Part shown: positions 55,633 through 63,200 of the stretch, piece after piece
How positions within the stretch are numbered: the first letter of the stretch is position 1
Layout of the letters: each line of letters opens with the position of its first letter
NCBI GenBank assembly: GCA_902786275.1
Contig: CADACC010000003.1
Location: 1-63,200, forward strand
Source of the DNA: an uncultured Erysipelotrichaceae bacterium
GTDB lineage: Bacteria > Bacillota_I > Bacilli_A > RF39 > UBA660
Direction: 5' to 3'
DNA length: 63,200 bases
Program-made: the position numbers and the translations under genes
Notes under the pieces: model-generated
What the model saw: the letters and a program-made list of their open reading frames with translations, nothing else
The model's database searches: none
What the model was told of the DNA's origin: nothing

Positions 55633-57657
55633 ATGAAGAAAGTTGTTATAGTGGAATCACCTGCTAAAAGTAAAACAATAGAGAAGTATCTAGGTAGTGA
55701 GTTTGAAGTTGTATCAAGCAAAGGTCACATTCGTGACCTTGCTACTTCTGGTAAATTTGGACTAGGAGTAGATATTGATCATGATTTTACTCCTAAATAT
55801 ATTATTATTAAGGGTAAGAATAAAGATGTTACTCAATTAAAGAAGCTAACTGATAAAGCTGACATGGTTTATCTTGCAACAGATCCAGACCGTGAAGGAG
55901 AAGCTATTAGTTGGCATCTTTTTGATGAATTAAAAATACCAGAGGATAAATATGAAAGAGTAGTTTTTAATGAAATCACTAAAGATGTTGTTAAAGATGC
56001 AATTAATAATCCTCGTAAAATTGATATGGATTTAGTTCATAGTCAAGAAACTAGAAGAATTTTAGATAGAATTATTGGTTTTAGATTATCTAAATTAATG
56101 CAATCTAAAACTGGTGGTAAATCTGCTGGTCGTGTTCAAAGTGTTGCTTTAAAGATTATTGTAGATAGGGAAAGAGAAATTGATGCATTTAATCCTGAAG
56201 AATACTGGACTATTAAAGCATCATTTGGTTCTTTTGAAGCCACTTTAGAAAAATATCATGGTAAAAATATAGAAATTAAAAATGAAGTAGAAGCAAATGA
56301 AATACTTAATAAGCTTTCAAATTCATTTGATATTGATGATATTCAAGAACAAGAGAAAAATAAAAAGAGTAAAGAAGTATTTAGAACTTCTACTTTACAA
56401 CAAGCTGCATATAACAAATATGGTTTTGATTCATCTAAAACAATGCGTATAGCTCAAAAGTTATATGAAGGTATTGATTTAGGTGATGAGACAGTTGGTT
56501 TAATTACATATATGAGAACAGACTCAGTTAGAATATCACCTGAATTTACATCATCTGCTTTTGGTTATATTAAGGGTAAATATGGTCCTGAATATGTAGG
56601 TGTTGTAAAACAAGGTAAGAAACAAGAAAACATTCAAGATGCTCATGAAGGTATTAGACCTACAAGCATAAATAGAAATCCTGAAGATATTAAAACTTAT
56701 CTTTCACCAGATGAATATAAATTATATAAATTGATTTATTATAGAGCTTTAGCATCTTTAATGGCTGATTCAAAATATTTATCTACATCTGTTAGTTTAG
56801 ATAATAATGGATATTTATTTAAAGCAAATGGATCAGTAATGACATTTGATGGATATTTAAAAGTTTATAGTGATTTTGAAGATAAAGAAGATGTTGTTTT
56901 ACCTGATTTTAAAAATTATAAGAGTAAAACTTTAGTTTGTGATGAAATAGAAAAAGAACAACACTTTACTAAAGCACCAGCTAGATATACAGAGTCTTCT
57001 TTAATTAAAGAACTTGAAGCTTTAGGAATTGGTAGACCATCTACTTATGCAACTATTATGCAAACTATTAAAGCTAGAGGTTATGTTACTTTAGAGGAAA
57101 AAAGATTTGTTCCAACAAAGATTGGTTTTGAAACAAATGATAAACTTCAAGAGTATTTTGATTCTTTAATTAATGTAGAATATACTGCTAATATGGAAAA
57201 AGACTTAGATGAAATAGCTGATGATAAAAAAGATTCAGTTAAAGTATTAAAAGATTTTTACAGTAGTTTTGAACCTCTACTTGAAAAAGCTTTTAATGAG
57301 ATGGAGAAAAAGCAAGCAGAAGAAACTGGAGAGATGTGTCCTAACTGTGGAAGCCCACTAGTTATTAGAAATGGACGTTTTGGTGAATTTGTTGCGTGTT
57401 CAAATTATCCAACATGTAAATATATTAAACAAGAAGAAAGAGAAATTAAAACAGTTTGTAAATGCCCAAAATGTGGTGGAGATATAGTTGAAAAAAGAAC
57501 AAGAAAAGGTAAAATTTTCTATGGATGTTCAAATTATCCTAAATGTGATACTGCTTTTTGGAATAAACCTATTGATAGAAAATGTCCAGAGTGTGGGAAC
57601 TTGCTAACTGAAAAGGGTAAGAAAATAGTTTGTTCATCATGTGATTATAGTGAATAA
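55633..57657 (+). CDS. topA: DNA topoisomerase I
   Basis: TOPRIM VVIVESPAKSKTIEKYLG, ATDPDREGEAISWH, active-site region GLITYMRTDS, three C4 zinc ribbons at the C-terminus. Confidence 0.95.
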   Translation: MKKVVIVESPAKSKTIEKYLGSEFEVVSSKGHIRDLATSGKFGLGVDIDHDFTPKYIIIKGKNKDVTQLKKLTDKADMVYLATDPDREGEAISWHLFDELKIPEDKYERVVFNEITKDVVKDAINNPRKIDMDLVHSQETRRILDRIIGFRLSKLMQSKTGGKSAGRVQSVALKIIVDREREIDAFNPEEYWTIKASFGSFEATLEKYHGKNIEIKNEVEANEILNKLSNSFDIDDIQEQEKNKKSKEVFRTSTLQQAAYNKYGFDSSKTMRIAQKLYEGIDLGDETVGLITYMRTDSVRISPEFTSSAFGYIKGKYGPEYVGVVKQGKKQENIQDAHEGIRPTSINRNPEDIKTYLSPDEYKLYKLIYYRALASLMADSKYLSTSVSLDNNGYLFKANGSVMTFDGYLKVYSDFEDKEDVVLPDFKNYKSKTLVCDEIEKEQHFTKAPARYTESSLIKELEALGIGRPSTYATIMQTIKARGYVTLEEKRFVPTKIGFETNDKLQEYFDSLINVEYTANMEKDLDEIADDKKDSVKVLKDFYSSFEPLLEKAFNEMEKKQAEETGEMCPNCGSPLVIRNGRFGEFVACSNYPTCKYIKQEEREIKTVCKCPKCGGDIVEKRTRKGKIFYGCSNYPKCDTAFWNKPIDRKCPECGNLLTEKGKKIVCSSCDYSE

Positions 57658-57662
57658 AAAAA

Positions 57663-57690
57663 GTACATCAAAAAATTGATGTATTTTTTT
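57663..57690. terminator. Bidirectional Rho-independent terminator (topA on +; candidate toxin mRNA on -)
   Basis: TACATCAA aaaa TTGATGTA flanked by an A-run on the left and a T-run on the right. Confidence 0.8.
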
Positions 57691-57698
57691 ATTCAATT

Positions 57699-57707
57699 TG
57701 ATATAAT
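57699..57707 (+). promoter_or_regulatory. Extended -10 element (TGATATAAT) of the candidate antitoxin sRNA
   Basis: TGATATAAT sits 9 nt after the topA terminator T-run. Confidence 0.4.
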
Positions 57708-57713
57708 TAATAT

Positions 57714-57786
57714 GTAAGTGTTACCTAGTCGGGTGGCGCCTACTTGTGTTTCAACGCCACACACTAAGTGCTGGCGTCATTTTTAT
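57714..57786 (+). ncRNA. Candidate ~70-nt antisense sRNA (type I antitoxin) ending in its own intrinsic terminator
   Basis: Starts ~7 nt after the TGATATAAT element. Hairpin ACGCCAcaC acuaa GUGcUGGCGU (57754-57777) followed by CAUUUUUAU. Fully complementary to the 3' UTR/stop region of the minus-strand sORF transcript. Ends are approximate. Confidence 0.3.
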
Positions 57787-57851
57787 GTTAATCGTAATAT
57801 AACTATTATTAACATAATTATTATGATATAAAGTATCGCACTTCTTGTCAT
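57783..57851 (-). CDS. Candidate type I toxin: 22-aa hydrophobic peptide MTRSAILYIIIIMLIIVILRLT
   Basis: ATG at 57851 is preceded by AAGGGAG at 8-nt spacing. A single TM-like core is flanked by Arg residues; stop TAA at 57785-57783. Not in the supplied ORF track because it is too short. Confidence 0.35.
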   Translation of the reverse strand: MTRSAILYIIIIMLIIVILRLT

Positions 57852-57951
57852 AACTCCAACTCCCTTCGAATACCTCCCCATGGTTATTCACGAATACAAA
57901 AGTATTTAGTAGATATTGAAGTAGATCCACAGACGTAGGTAACAAGTCTCT

Positions 57952-57979
57952 ATTATATTAATCAAGATTTAGATTTCAA
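57952..57979 (-). promoter_or_regulatory. Near-consensus sigma-A promoter on the minus strand (TTGAAA-16 nt-TATAAT) for the candidate toxin mRNA
   Basis: The reverse complement of 57974-57979 is TTGAAA and of 57952-57957 is TATAAT. The predicted start falls at the 5' arm of the long-range stem (~57943-57946). Confidence 0.45.
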
Positions 57980-58064
57980 TTGTTTCGACATACGTTCTAC
58001 TTATTCGACTACATCAAGAATAAAGTATTTACATTTTTATAGTGTAAATGAGTGTAAAATTGCA

Positions 58065-58070
58065 TATAAT
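58065..58070 (+). promoter_or_regulatory. Possible -10 box (TATAAT) of ppdK
   Basis: TGCATATAAT sits 64 nt upstream of the ppdK ATG; tandem AGTGTAAA octamers lie just upstream. Confidence 0.35.
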
Positions 58071-58133
58071 TTATTGCCTTAAAATATGGTATTAGTTATA
58101 ATAATTTTTGTGAAAAATAGGAGGAATAAAAAT

Positions 58134-60770
58134 ATGACTAAATATGTATACTTATTTAGTGAAGGTAATGCTGATATGAGAAACCTTCTTGGTGGTAAAG
58201 GTGCTAACCTTGCTGAAATGACTAACATTGGTCTTCCAGTACCACAAGGTTTTACAATCACTACTGAAGCTTGTACTAAGTATTACGAAGATGGAAGAGA
58301 AATTAACTCTGAAATCCAAGAACAAATTAACGAATACATCGTTAAGATGGAAGAAATTACAGGAAAGAAATTTGGAGATGTTGAAAATCCATTATTAGTA
58401 TCAGTTAGATCTGGTGCTAGAGCATCAATGCCCGGTATGATGGATACTATTTTAAACTTAGGTTTAAATGAAGAAGTAGTTGAATCAATTGCTAAACAAT
58501 CTAATAATCCAAGATGGGCATGGGATTGTTATAGAAGATTCATTCAAATGTATTCTGACGTAGTTATGGAAGTTGGAAAGAAATACTTTGAAGAATTAAT
58601 TGATAAAATGAAAGAAGCTAAGGGAGTTAAACAAGACGTTGAACTTTCTGCTGAAGATTTAAAAGAATTAGCTAATCAATTTAAAGCTGAATATAAAGAA
58701 AAAATAGGAACAGACTTCCCAACTGATCCTAAAGAACAATTAATGGGAGCTATTAAAGCTGTATTTAGATCTTGGGATAATCCTAGAGCTAACGTATATA
58801 GACGTGATAACGATATTCCATATTCATGGGGAACTGCTGTAAATGTTCAATCTATGGCATTTGGTAATATGGGAGATGACTGTGGTACAGGTGTTGCCTT
58901 TACTCGTGACCCTGCAACAGGTGAAAAAGGTTTGTTTGGTGAATTCTTAACTAATGCACAAGGTGAAGATGTTGTTGCTGGTGTTAGAACTCCAATGCAC
59001 ATAACTGAAATGGAAGAAAAATTCCCAGAAGCATTTAAACAATTTAAAGAAGTATGTCAAACTCTTGAATCTCATTATAGAGACATGCAAGATATGGAAT
59101 TTACAGTTGAACATGGTAAACTTTATATGCTTCAAACAAGAAATGGTAAAAGAACTGCTAAAGCAGCTTTAAAAATAGCTTGCGATTTAGTAGATGAAGG
59201 AATGCGTAGTGAAGAAGAAGCTGTAGCTATGATTGATCCAAGAAACTTAGATACACTTCTACATCCACAATTTGATGCAACAGCACTTAAAAATGCATCA
59301 GTTTTAGGTAAAGGTTTAGGAGCATCTCCTGGAGCTGCTTGTGGACAAATCGTATTTACTGCTGAAGATGCTGTTAAATGGCATGAAGATGGTAAAAAAG
59401 TTGTTTTAGTTAGACTTGAAACTTCACCAGAAGATATTACTGGTATGAAAGCATCTCAAGGTATTTTAACTGTTCGTGGCGGTATGACATCACACGCTGC
59501 AGTAGTTGCTCGTGGTATGGGTACTTGCTGTGTATCTGGTTGTGGTGATATCGCAATGGATGAAGCTAATAAACAATTTACACTTAATGGTAAAACATTC
59601 CATGAAGGTGATGAAATTTCTATTGATGGTACAACTGGTAATATTTATGATGGATTAGTTCCAACAGTTGATGCAACTATCTCTGGTGAATTTGGTCGTG
59701 TTATGGAATGGGCTGATAAATTTAGAACTCTAAAGGTTAGAACTAATGCTGATACTCCAAGAGATGCTAAAAAAGCTCATGAACTAGGAGCTGAAGGTAT
59801 AGGCTTATGTAGAACAGAACACATGTTCTTCGAAGAAGATAGAATTGCTGCATTTAGAGAAATGATTTGTGCAGATACTGTTGAAGAAAGAGAAGCTGCA
59901 CTTGATAAAATTCTTCCATATCAACAAGGTGATTTTGAAGAATTATATGAAGCACTTGAAGGTGATGGAGTAGTAGTTAGATACTTAGACCCACCTCTAC
60001 ATGAATTCGTTCCAACTGAAGAAGCTGATATTGAAAAGCTTGCTAAAGCTCAAGGTAAATCAGTTGAAAGAATTAAAGAAATTATTGCATCACTTCATGA
60101 ATTTAACCCAATGATGGGTCATAGAGGATGTCGTTTAGCTGTTACTTATCCAGAAATTGCTAAGATGCAAACTAAAGCTGTTATTAGAGCTGCTATCAAC
60201 GTTTCTAAAAAACATCCTGATTGGAATATAGTTCCAGAAATTATGATTCCTTTAACAGGAGAAGTTAAAGAACTTAAGTATGTTAAAGATATTGTAGTAG
60301 CAACTGCTGATGAAGAAATTAAAGCTGCTGGTGTTGAAATGAAATACCAAGTTGGTACTATGATTGAAATTCCAAGAGCTGCTTTAACTGCTGATGAAAT
60401 TGCTAAAGAAGCTGAATTCTTCTCATTTGGTACTAATGATTTAACTCAAATGACATTTGGTTTCTCAAGAGATGATGCTGGTAAATTCTTACCTGCATAC
60501 TATGAAAAGAAAATCTATGAAGAAGATCCATTTAAAACACTTGATCAAAAAGGTGTTGGTCAATTAATTAAAATGGCTGCTGAAAAAGGTAAAGCTACTA
60601 GACCTAATATTCATTTAGGAGTATGTGGTGAAACTGGTGGAGATCCTAAATCTATCGAATTCTATAATGCTGTTGGACTAGATTATGTATCTTGTTCTCC
60701 ATTTAGAGTTCCAGTTGCTAGACTTGCTGCTGCACAAGCCGCAATAAAGTCTGGAACTAAAAAGAACTAG
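58134..60770 (+). CDS. ppdK: Pyruvate, phosphate dikinase
   Basis: MTKYVYLFSEGNADMRNLLGGKGANLAEM; phospho-His region GGMTSHAAVVARGMG; C-terminal PEP-utilising TIM barrel (GLCRTEHMF, FFSFGTNDLTQ, VCGE). AGGAGG SD 7 nt before the ATG at 58134. Confidence 0.95.
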   Translation: MTKYVYLFSEGNADMRNLLGGKGANLAEMTNIGLPVPQGFTITTEACTKYYEDGREINSEIQEQINEYIVKMEEITGKKFGDVENPLLVSVRSGARASMPGMMDTILNLGLNEEVVESIAKQSNNPRWAWDCYRRFIQMYSDVVMEVGKKYFEELIDKMKEAKGVKQDVELSAEDLKELANQFKAEYKEKIGTDFPTDPKEQLMGAIKAVFRSWDNPRANVYRRDNDIPYSWGTAVNVQSMAFGNMGDDCGTGVAFTRDPATGEKGLFGEFLTNAQGEDVVAGVRTPMHITEMEEKFPEAFKQFKEVCQTLESHYRDMQDMEFTVEHGKLYMLQTRNGKRTAKAALKIACDLVDEGMRSEEEAVAMIDPRNLDTLLHPQFDATALKNASVLGKGLGASPGAACGQIVFTAEDAVKWHEDGKKVVLVRLETSPEDITGMKASQGILTVRGGMTSHAAVVARGMGTCCVSGCGDIAMDEANKQFTLNGKTFHEGDEISIDGTTGNIYDGLVPTVDATISGEFGRVMEWADKFRTLKVRTNADTPRDAKKAHELGAEGIGLCRTEHMFFEEDRIAAFREMICADTVEEREAALDKILPYQQGDFEELYEALEGDGVVVRYLDPPLHEFVPTEEADIEKLAKAQGKSVERIKEIIASLHEFNPMMGHRGCRLAVTYPEIAKMQTKAVIRAAINVSKKHPDWNIVPEIMIPLTGEVKELKYVKDIVVATADEEIKAAGVEMKYQVGTMIEIPRAALTADEIAKEAEFFSFGTNDLTQMTFGFSRDDAGKFLPAYYEKKIYEEDPFKTLDQKGVGQLIKMAAEKGKATRPNIHLGVCGETGGDPKSIEFYNAVGLDYVSCSPFRVPVARLAAAQAAIKSGTKKN

Positions 60771-60864
60771 TTCATAAAACCTTTATTTACCTATATTCAA
60801 GGGAATATTCAATAAATCCATAGAATATATAAAGGCACAAAGAATTAAAATTTATATAAAAAAT

Positions 60865-60908
60865 TAAGACTAAGATGACTAATATGTCGTACATCTTAGT
60901 CTTTTTTT
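60865..60908 (+). terminator. Strong hairpin + T-run ~95 nt downstream of ppdK
   Basis: AAGACTAAGATG (14-nt loop) CATCTTAGTCTT followed by TTTTT. Confidence 0.7.
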
Positions 60909-60942
60909 AATGTTGTGCGATAGGGAAATGGAGGAATTGAAT

Positions 60943-61416
60943 ATGCGAATAATGTATATGAAACCAGAACTAAACGATTTATCTCAAGGATCTAGAATTG
61001 CTTTTGCAAGACAATTTAGATTTATGTCTCAAGATGAAGTATCAGATAAATTAGGATTAACTGGTGAATGTAAAAGAAGAACTATGACAAGATATGAAAG
61101 AGGAAATAGAAATCCTAAAGATAAAAGATTAATGGAAATAGCAAACATATTGAATATTAATGTTAATTCTATAAGAGAATATGATTTTAGAAAGCAGATT
61201 GATTTATTTTATATATTAATGTGGATGGAAGAAATAATACCTAAATATCAAATTGATTTATCTAAAATTCCAAATATAAATGAAGAGAATATTATTATTT
61301 TCAAAAAATTTATGGATGATTGGGATATGATGAGAGAAAAACGAAATAAGCGAGAAATATCATATGAAGAATATATTGAATGGAAATTAAATTATGAGGT
61401 AAAAGCTTATGAGTGA
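60943..61416 (+). CDS. XRE-like HTH DNA-binding protein (mobile-element regulator)
   Basis: GSRIAFARQFRFMSQDEVSDKLGL...MTRYERGNRNP HTH pattern; GGAGG SD before the ATG at 60943. Confidence 0.6.
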   Translation: MRIMYMKPELNDLSQGSRIAFARQFRFMSQDEVSDKLGLTGECKRRTMTRYERGNRNPKDKRLMEIANILNINVNSIREYDFRKQIDLFYILMWMEEIIPKYQIDLSKIPNINEENIIIFKKFMDDWDMMREKRNKREISYEEYIEWKLNYEVKAYE

Positions 61417-62281
61417 TATTAAAAAGATTAAGTTAGAAGATATAGATACTTTTGAAAATCATCCATTCAAGGTAAATAATGATGAATCGCTTCAAGAATT
61501 AGCAGAAAGTATTAGAATTAACGGTTTATTAAATCCATTAACAGTTAGAAAAAAAGAAAATGGTAGATATGAATTAATATCTGGTCATAGAAGAAAATTA
61601 GCTATGGAATTAAATGGAATGAAAGAAGCTAATGCTTATATAAAAGAGTTATCAAATGATGAAGCTGTTATTGAAATGGTAGATTCTAATATGTATAGAG
61701 ATAAAATTTTACCATCAGAGAAAGCTTTTGCATATAAAATGAAATTAGATGCAATGAAACATCAAGGAAAGAAAATTTCCCCTAAGGGAACAAAGTCACT
61801 GTCCATTAATGAAATAGATGATACTAAAACACAAATATATAGATATGTAAGATTAACAAATCTTATACCTGAACTACTAAAATTAGTAGATGATACTGTT
61901 TTAAAAGATAAGAGAACTGTTCTAACAATGGGATTAAAACCAGCTGTAGAATTATCCTATTTAAATAAGGAAGAACAAAAATTAGTATATATGGGAATTA
62001 CATATGAAGATGTAACTCCTAGTCATGGACAAGCTATAAAAATTAGAGAACTTTCTAAGAATAAAAAATTAACTTTTGATTCTTTGGAAGAAATACTATG
62101 TCAGCAAAAAGGAAATCAAAAAGAAAGAATATCATTTAATAAAGATAAAATTGAAAAAGCGCTTCCAAGTGAATTGTTGAAAAGAGATAAAAGATATATA
62201 GAACAATATATAATTAATGCAATTGAAAGTTATAAGAAACAAGAACTTGAAAGGGGTGATGCGTATGAACTAGATATGTAG
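61409..62281 (+). CDS. ParB/Srx-like N-terminal nuclease domain protein
   Basis: NHPFKV...SIRINGLLNPLTVRKKENGRYELISGHRRKLA, the canonical ParB N-terminal domain; 8-nt overlap with the HTH gene. Confidence 0.8.
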   Translation: MSDIKKIKLEDIDTFENHPFKVNNDESLQELAESIRINGLLNPLTVRKKENGRYELISGHRRKLAMELNGMKEANAYIKELSNDEAVIEMVDSNMYRDKILPSEKAFAYKMKLDAMKHQGKKISPKGTKSLSINEIDDTKTQIYRYVRLTNLIPELLKLVDDTVLKDKRTVLTMGLKPAVELSYLNKEEQKLVYMGITYEDVTPSHGQAIKIRELSKNKKLTFDSLEEILCQQKGNQKERISFNKDKIEKALPSELLKRDKRYIEQYIINAIESYKKQELERGDAYELDM

Positions 62282-62335
62282 CACCATATAACAATATTTA
62301 TTTTTATGATAGAATAATAATAGAGGTGAAATAGA

Positions 62336-62947
62336 ATGAAAAAAATATTGATTTTAATAATTACAGTAATTCTTATTTCTATCGGTATTGTTTCTTGTTT
62401 ATACATCAATAATAGAAATAAAGAAACACAAAAGGAAATTATCAAAAATTCTAAAATAGAAGAGGAGATTAATAAGAATGAACCAATTCAAGAAGATATT
62501 AAAGATGATGATAATAATACTGAAAACATCATTGATAGCGATGATAATACTAATAAGAGTAATATGGAGAGCAATTCTTCAAGTAACTCTAATGTCATAA
62601 ATAATAAAAAACAAGAGAATGTTAAACAAGAAAAAGAGGAAAAGCACGAGAAAGAATCTAAACCAGTAATTCAAGAATCTAAACCTGTAGTAACTCAAGA
62701 ACCTCCTAAGAAGGAAGAAACAGAATGGGAAAAATTAGGAATTAGTGAATATGATTACTATAATAAACCAATGTGGAATTGGGCTAGAATTGATTACTCG
62801 GTTAAAGATTATGGAAACTTTGAGCGAACACATCAAGCCTGTATTGATGCAGGAAATCAATTAGAAAATATAGTTAGCTTTTCTTGTACAAACATTAATA
62901 GTTATTCTGGTGCTTATTTAGGAGACATGCTCAAAGTTAAATATTAA
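62336..62947 (+). CDS. Membrane-anchored/secreted protein with acidic, low-complexity linker
   Basis: N-terminal TM/signal ILILIITVILISIGIVSC; KE/N/S-rich linker; Cys-containing globular C-terminus. Confidence 0.5.
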   Translation: MKKILILIITVILISIGIVSCLYINNRNKETQKEIIKNSKIEEEINKNEPIQEDIKDDDNNTENIIDSDDNTNKSNMESNSSSNSNVINNKKQENVKQEKEEKHEKESKPVIQESKPVVTQEPPKKEETEWEKLGISEYDYYNKPMWNWARIDYSVKDYGNFERTHQACIDAGNQLENIVSFSCTNINSYSGAYLGDMLKVKY

Positions 62948-62963
62948 TGAAAGGAAAATAATT

Positions 62964-63200
62964 ATGAAATCAAAAATTTTAAAGTGTGCTATGATGAGCA
63001 TGCTTTTTTTATTGTCAATTTTTACTGTTCAAACTGTTCATGCAGAACAATATAATGGAACAGTAACTGAAAAAGAATGGATTAGTAATATCTATGTAAA
63101 AAAAGATATACCTGGTCGAAGTAAGTATGAGCAATCAAGATTTATTAGAAGAAGTAGTGATAATCAATTTGTATATTGTATTCAACCTTTTTCTGGAATA
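62964..63200 (+). CDS. Secreted protein, 5' fragment (runs off the window); possible thioester-domain (TED) adhesin
   Basis: My own translation: MKSKILKCAMMSMLFLLSIFTVQTVHA/EQYNG... signal peptide. FVYCIQP fits the [YFL]-C-hydrophobic-[DNEQ] thioester Cys motif. Confidence 0.4.
   Translation, partial: MKSKILKCAMMSMLFLLSIFTVQTVHAEQYNGTVTEKEWISNIYVKKDIPGRSKYEQSRFIRRSSDNQFVYCIQPFSGI

Noticed and set aside
57751-57945. 64-aa minus-strand ORF from the supplied track covering the structured topA-ppdK intergenic region
   Set aside because: It has a TTG start with no Shine-Dalgarno site and would begin at or before the predicted transcript 5' end. Its sequence has no membrane or domain features. 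The region is better explained by a structured 5' UTR plus the 22-aa sORF in another frame (57851..57783).
57720-57952. Known structured RNA (SRP/scRNA Alu-like GGGUGGCGCC, T-box GGGUGG box, 6S RNA, RNase P, tmRNA) as explanation for the GC-rich intergenic element
   Set aside because: Neither strand has the SRP domain IV motif (GGAAGCAGC / AGGUCAGG). The GGGTGG sits at the wrong end for a T-box, and no aminoacyl-tRNA-related gene follows. There is no GAGGAAAGUCC (RNase P) and no tRNA-like CCA end (tmRNA). The fold is multi-hairpin rather than the continuous bulged rod of 6S. None of this can be fully excluded without a covariance-model scan.
1-63200. Search for CRISPR arrays, tRNA/rRNA genes, IS transposases and prophage structural genes
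   Set aside because: I saw no regularly spaced direct repeats, no cloverleaf-like GC-rich 70-90-nt islands, no rRNA signatures, and no DDE/serine/tyrosine recombinase motifs in any listed ORF. This was visual inspection only, so tRNAscan-SE and Infernal should confirm it.

Overview
Very AT-rich, Firmicutes-style chromosomal segment: standard genetic code, GGAGG-type Shine-Dalgarno sites, TGnTATAAT extended -10 promoters and hairpin+T-run terminators. It holds about 70 genes, nearly all on the + strand. The backbone has four parts. (1) A fragmented dcw cell-wall cluster: class B PBP, mraY, ftsW, murG, murB, divIB. (2) Translation blocks with broken synteny: rpsB-tsf ... frr without pyrH, rimM-trmD ... 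rplS-lepB, and a disrupted rbgA followed by rnhB. (3) An LtaS-like sulfatase, topA and ppdK. (4) The edge of a probable integrative/conjugative element at the 3' end (HTH, ParB-like nuclease, secreted proteins). Accessory content worth a second look, in rough priority order:
- A Toll-like-receptor-shaped protein (cytoplasmic TIR, one TM helix, extracellular beta-propeller). It closes a hydrolase/HAD/HAD operon and sits directly upstream of a NUDIX-NADAR-TIM barrel-NUDIX operon, inside a 17-kb run of small-molecule hydrolases.
- A candidate type I toxin-antitoxin locus between topA and ppdK: a 22-aa hydrophobic sORF plus a convergent small RNA.
- An LRR-transglutaminase + HD-domain gene pair inserted into the dcw cluster.
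- A PP-loop (MurL-like?) gene overlapping a murD-type ligase, located away from the dcw cluster.
- A tandemly duplicated HTH-TM-sensor cassette, one copy frameshifted.
- Ribosomal protein S2 carrying a KE-rich tail and a Rho_N/SAP-like C-terminal domain.
- Reiterated terminator-promoter modules.
I found no rRNA, tRNA, CRISPR array or transposase. All functional calls rest on motif recognition by eye, and no database search was run.
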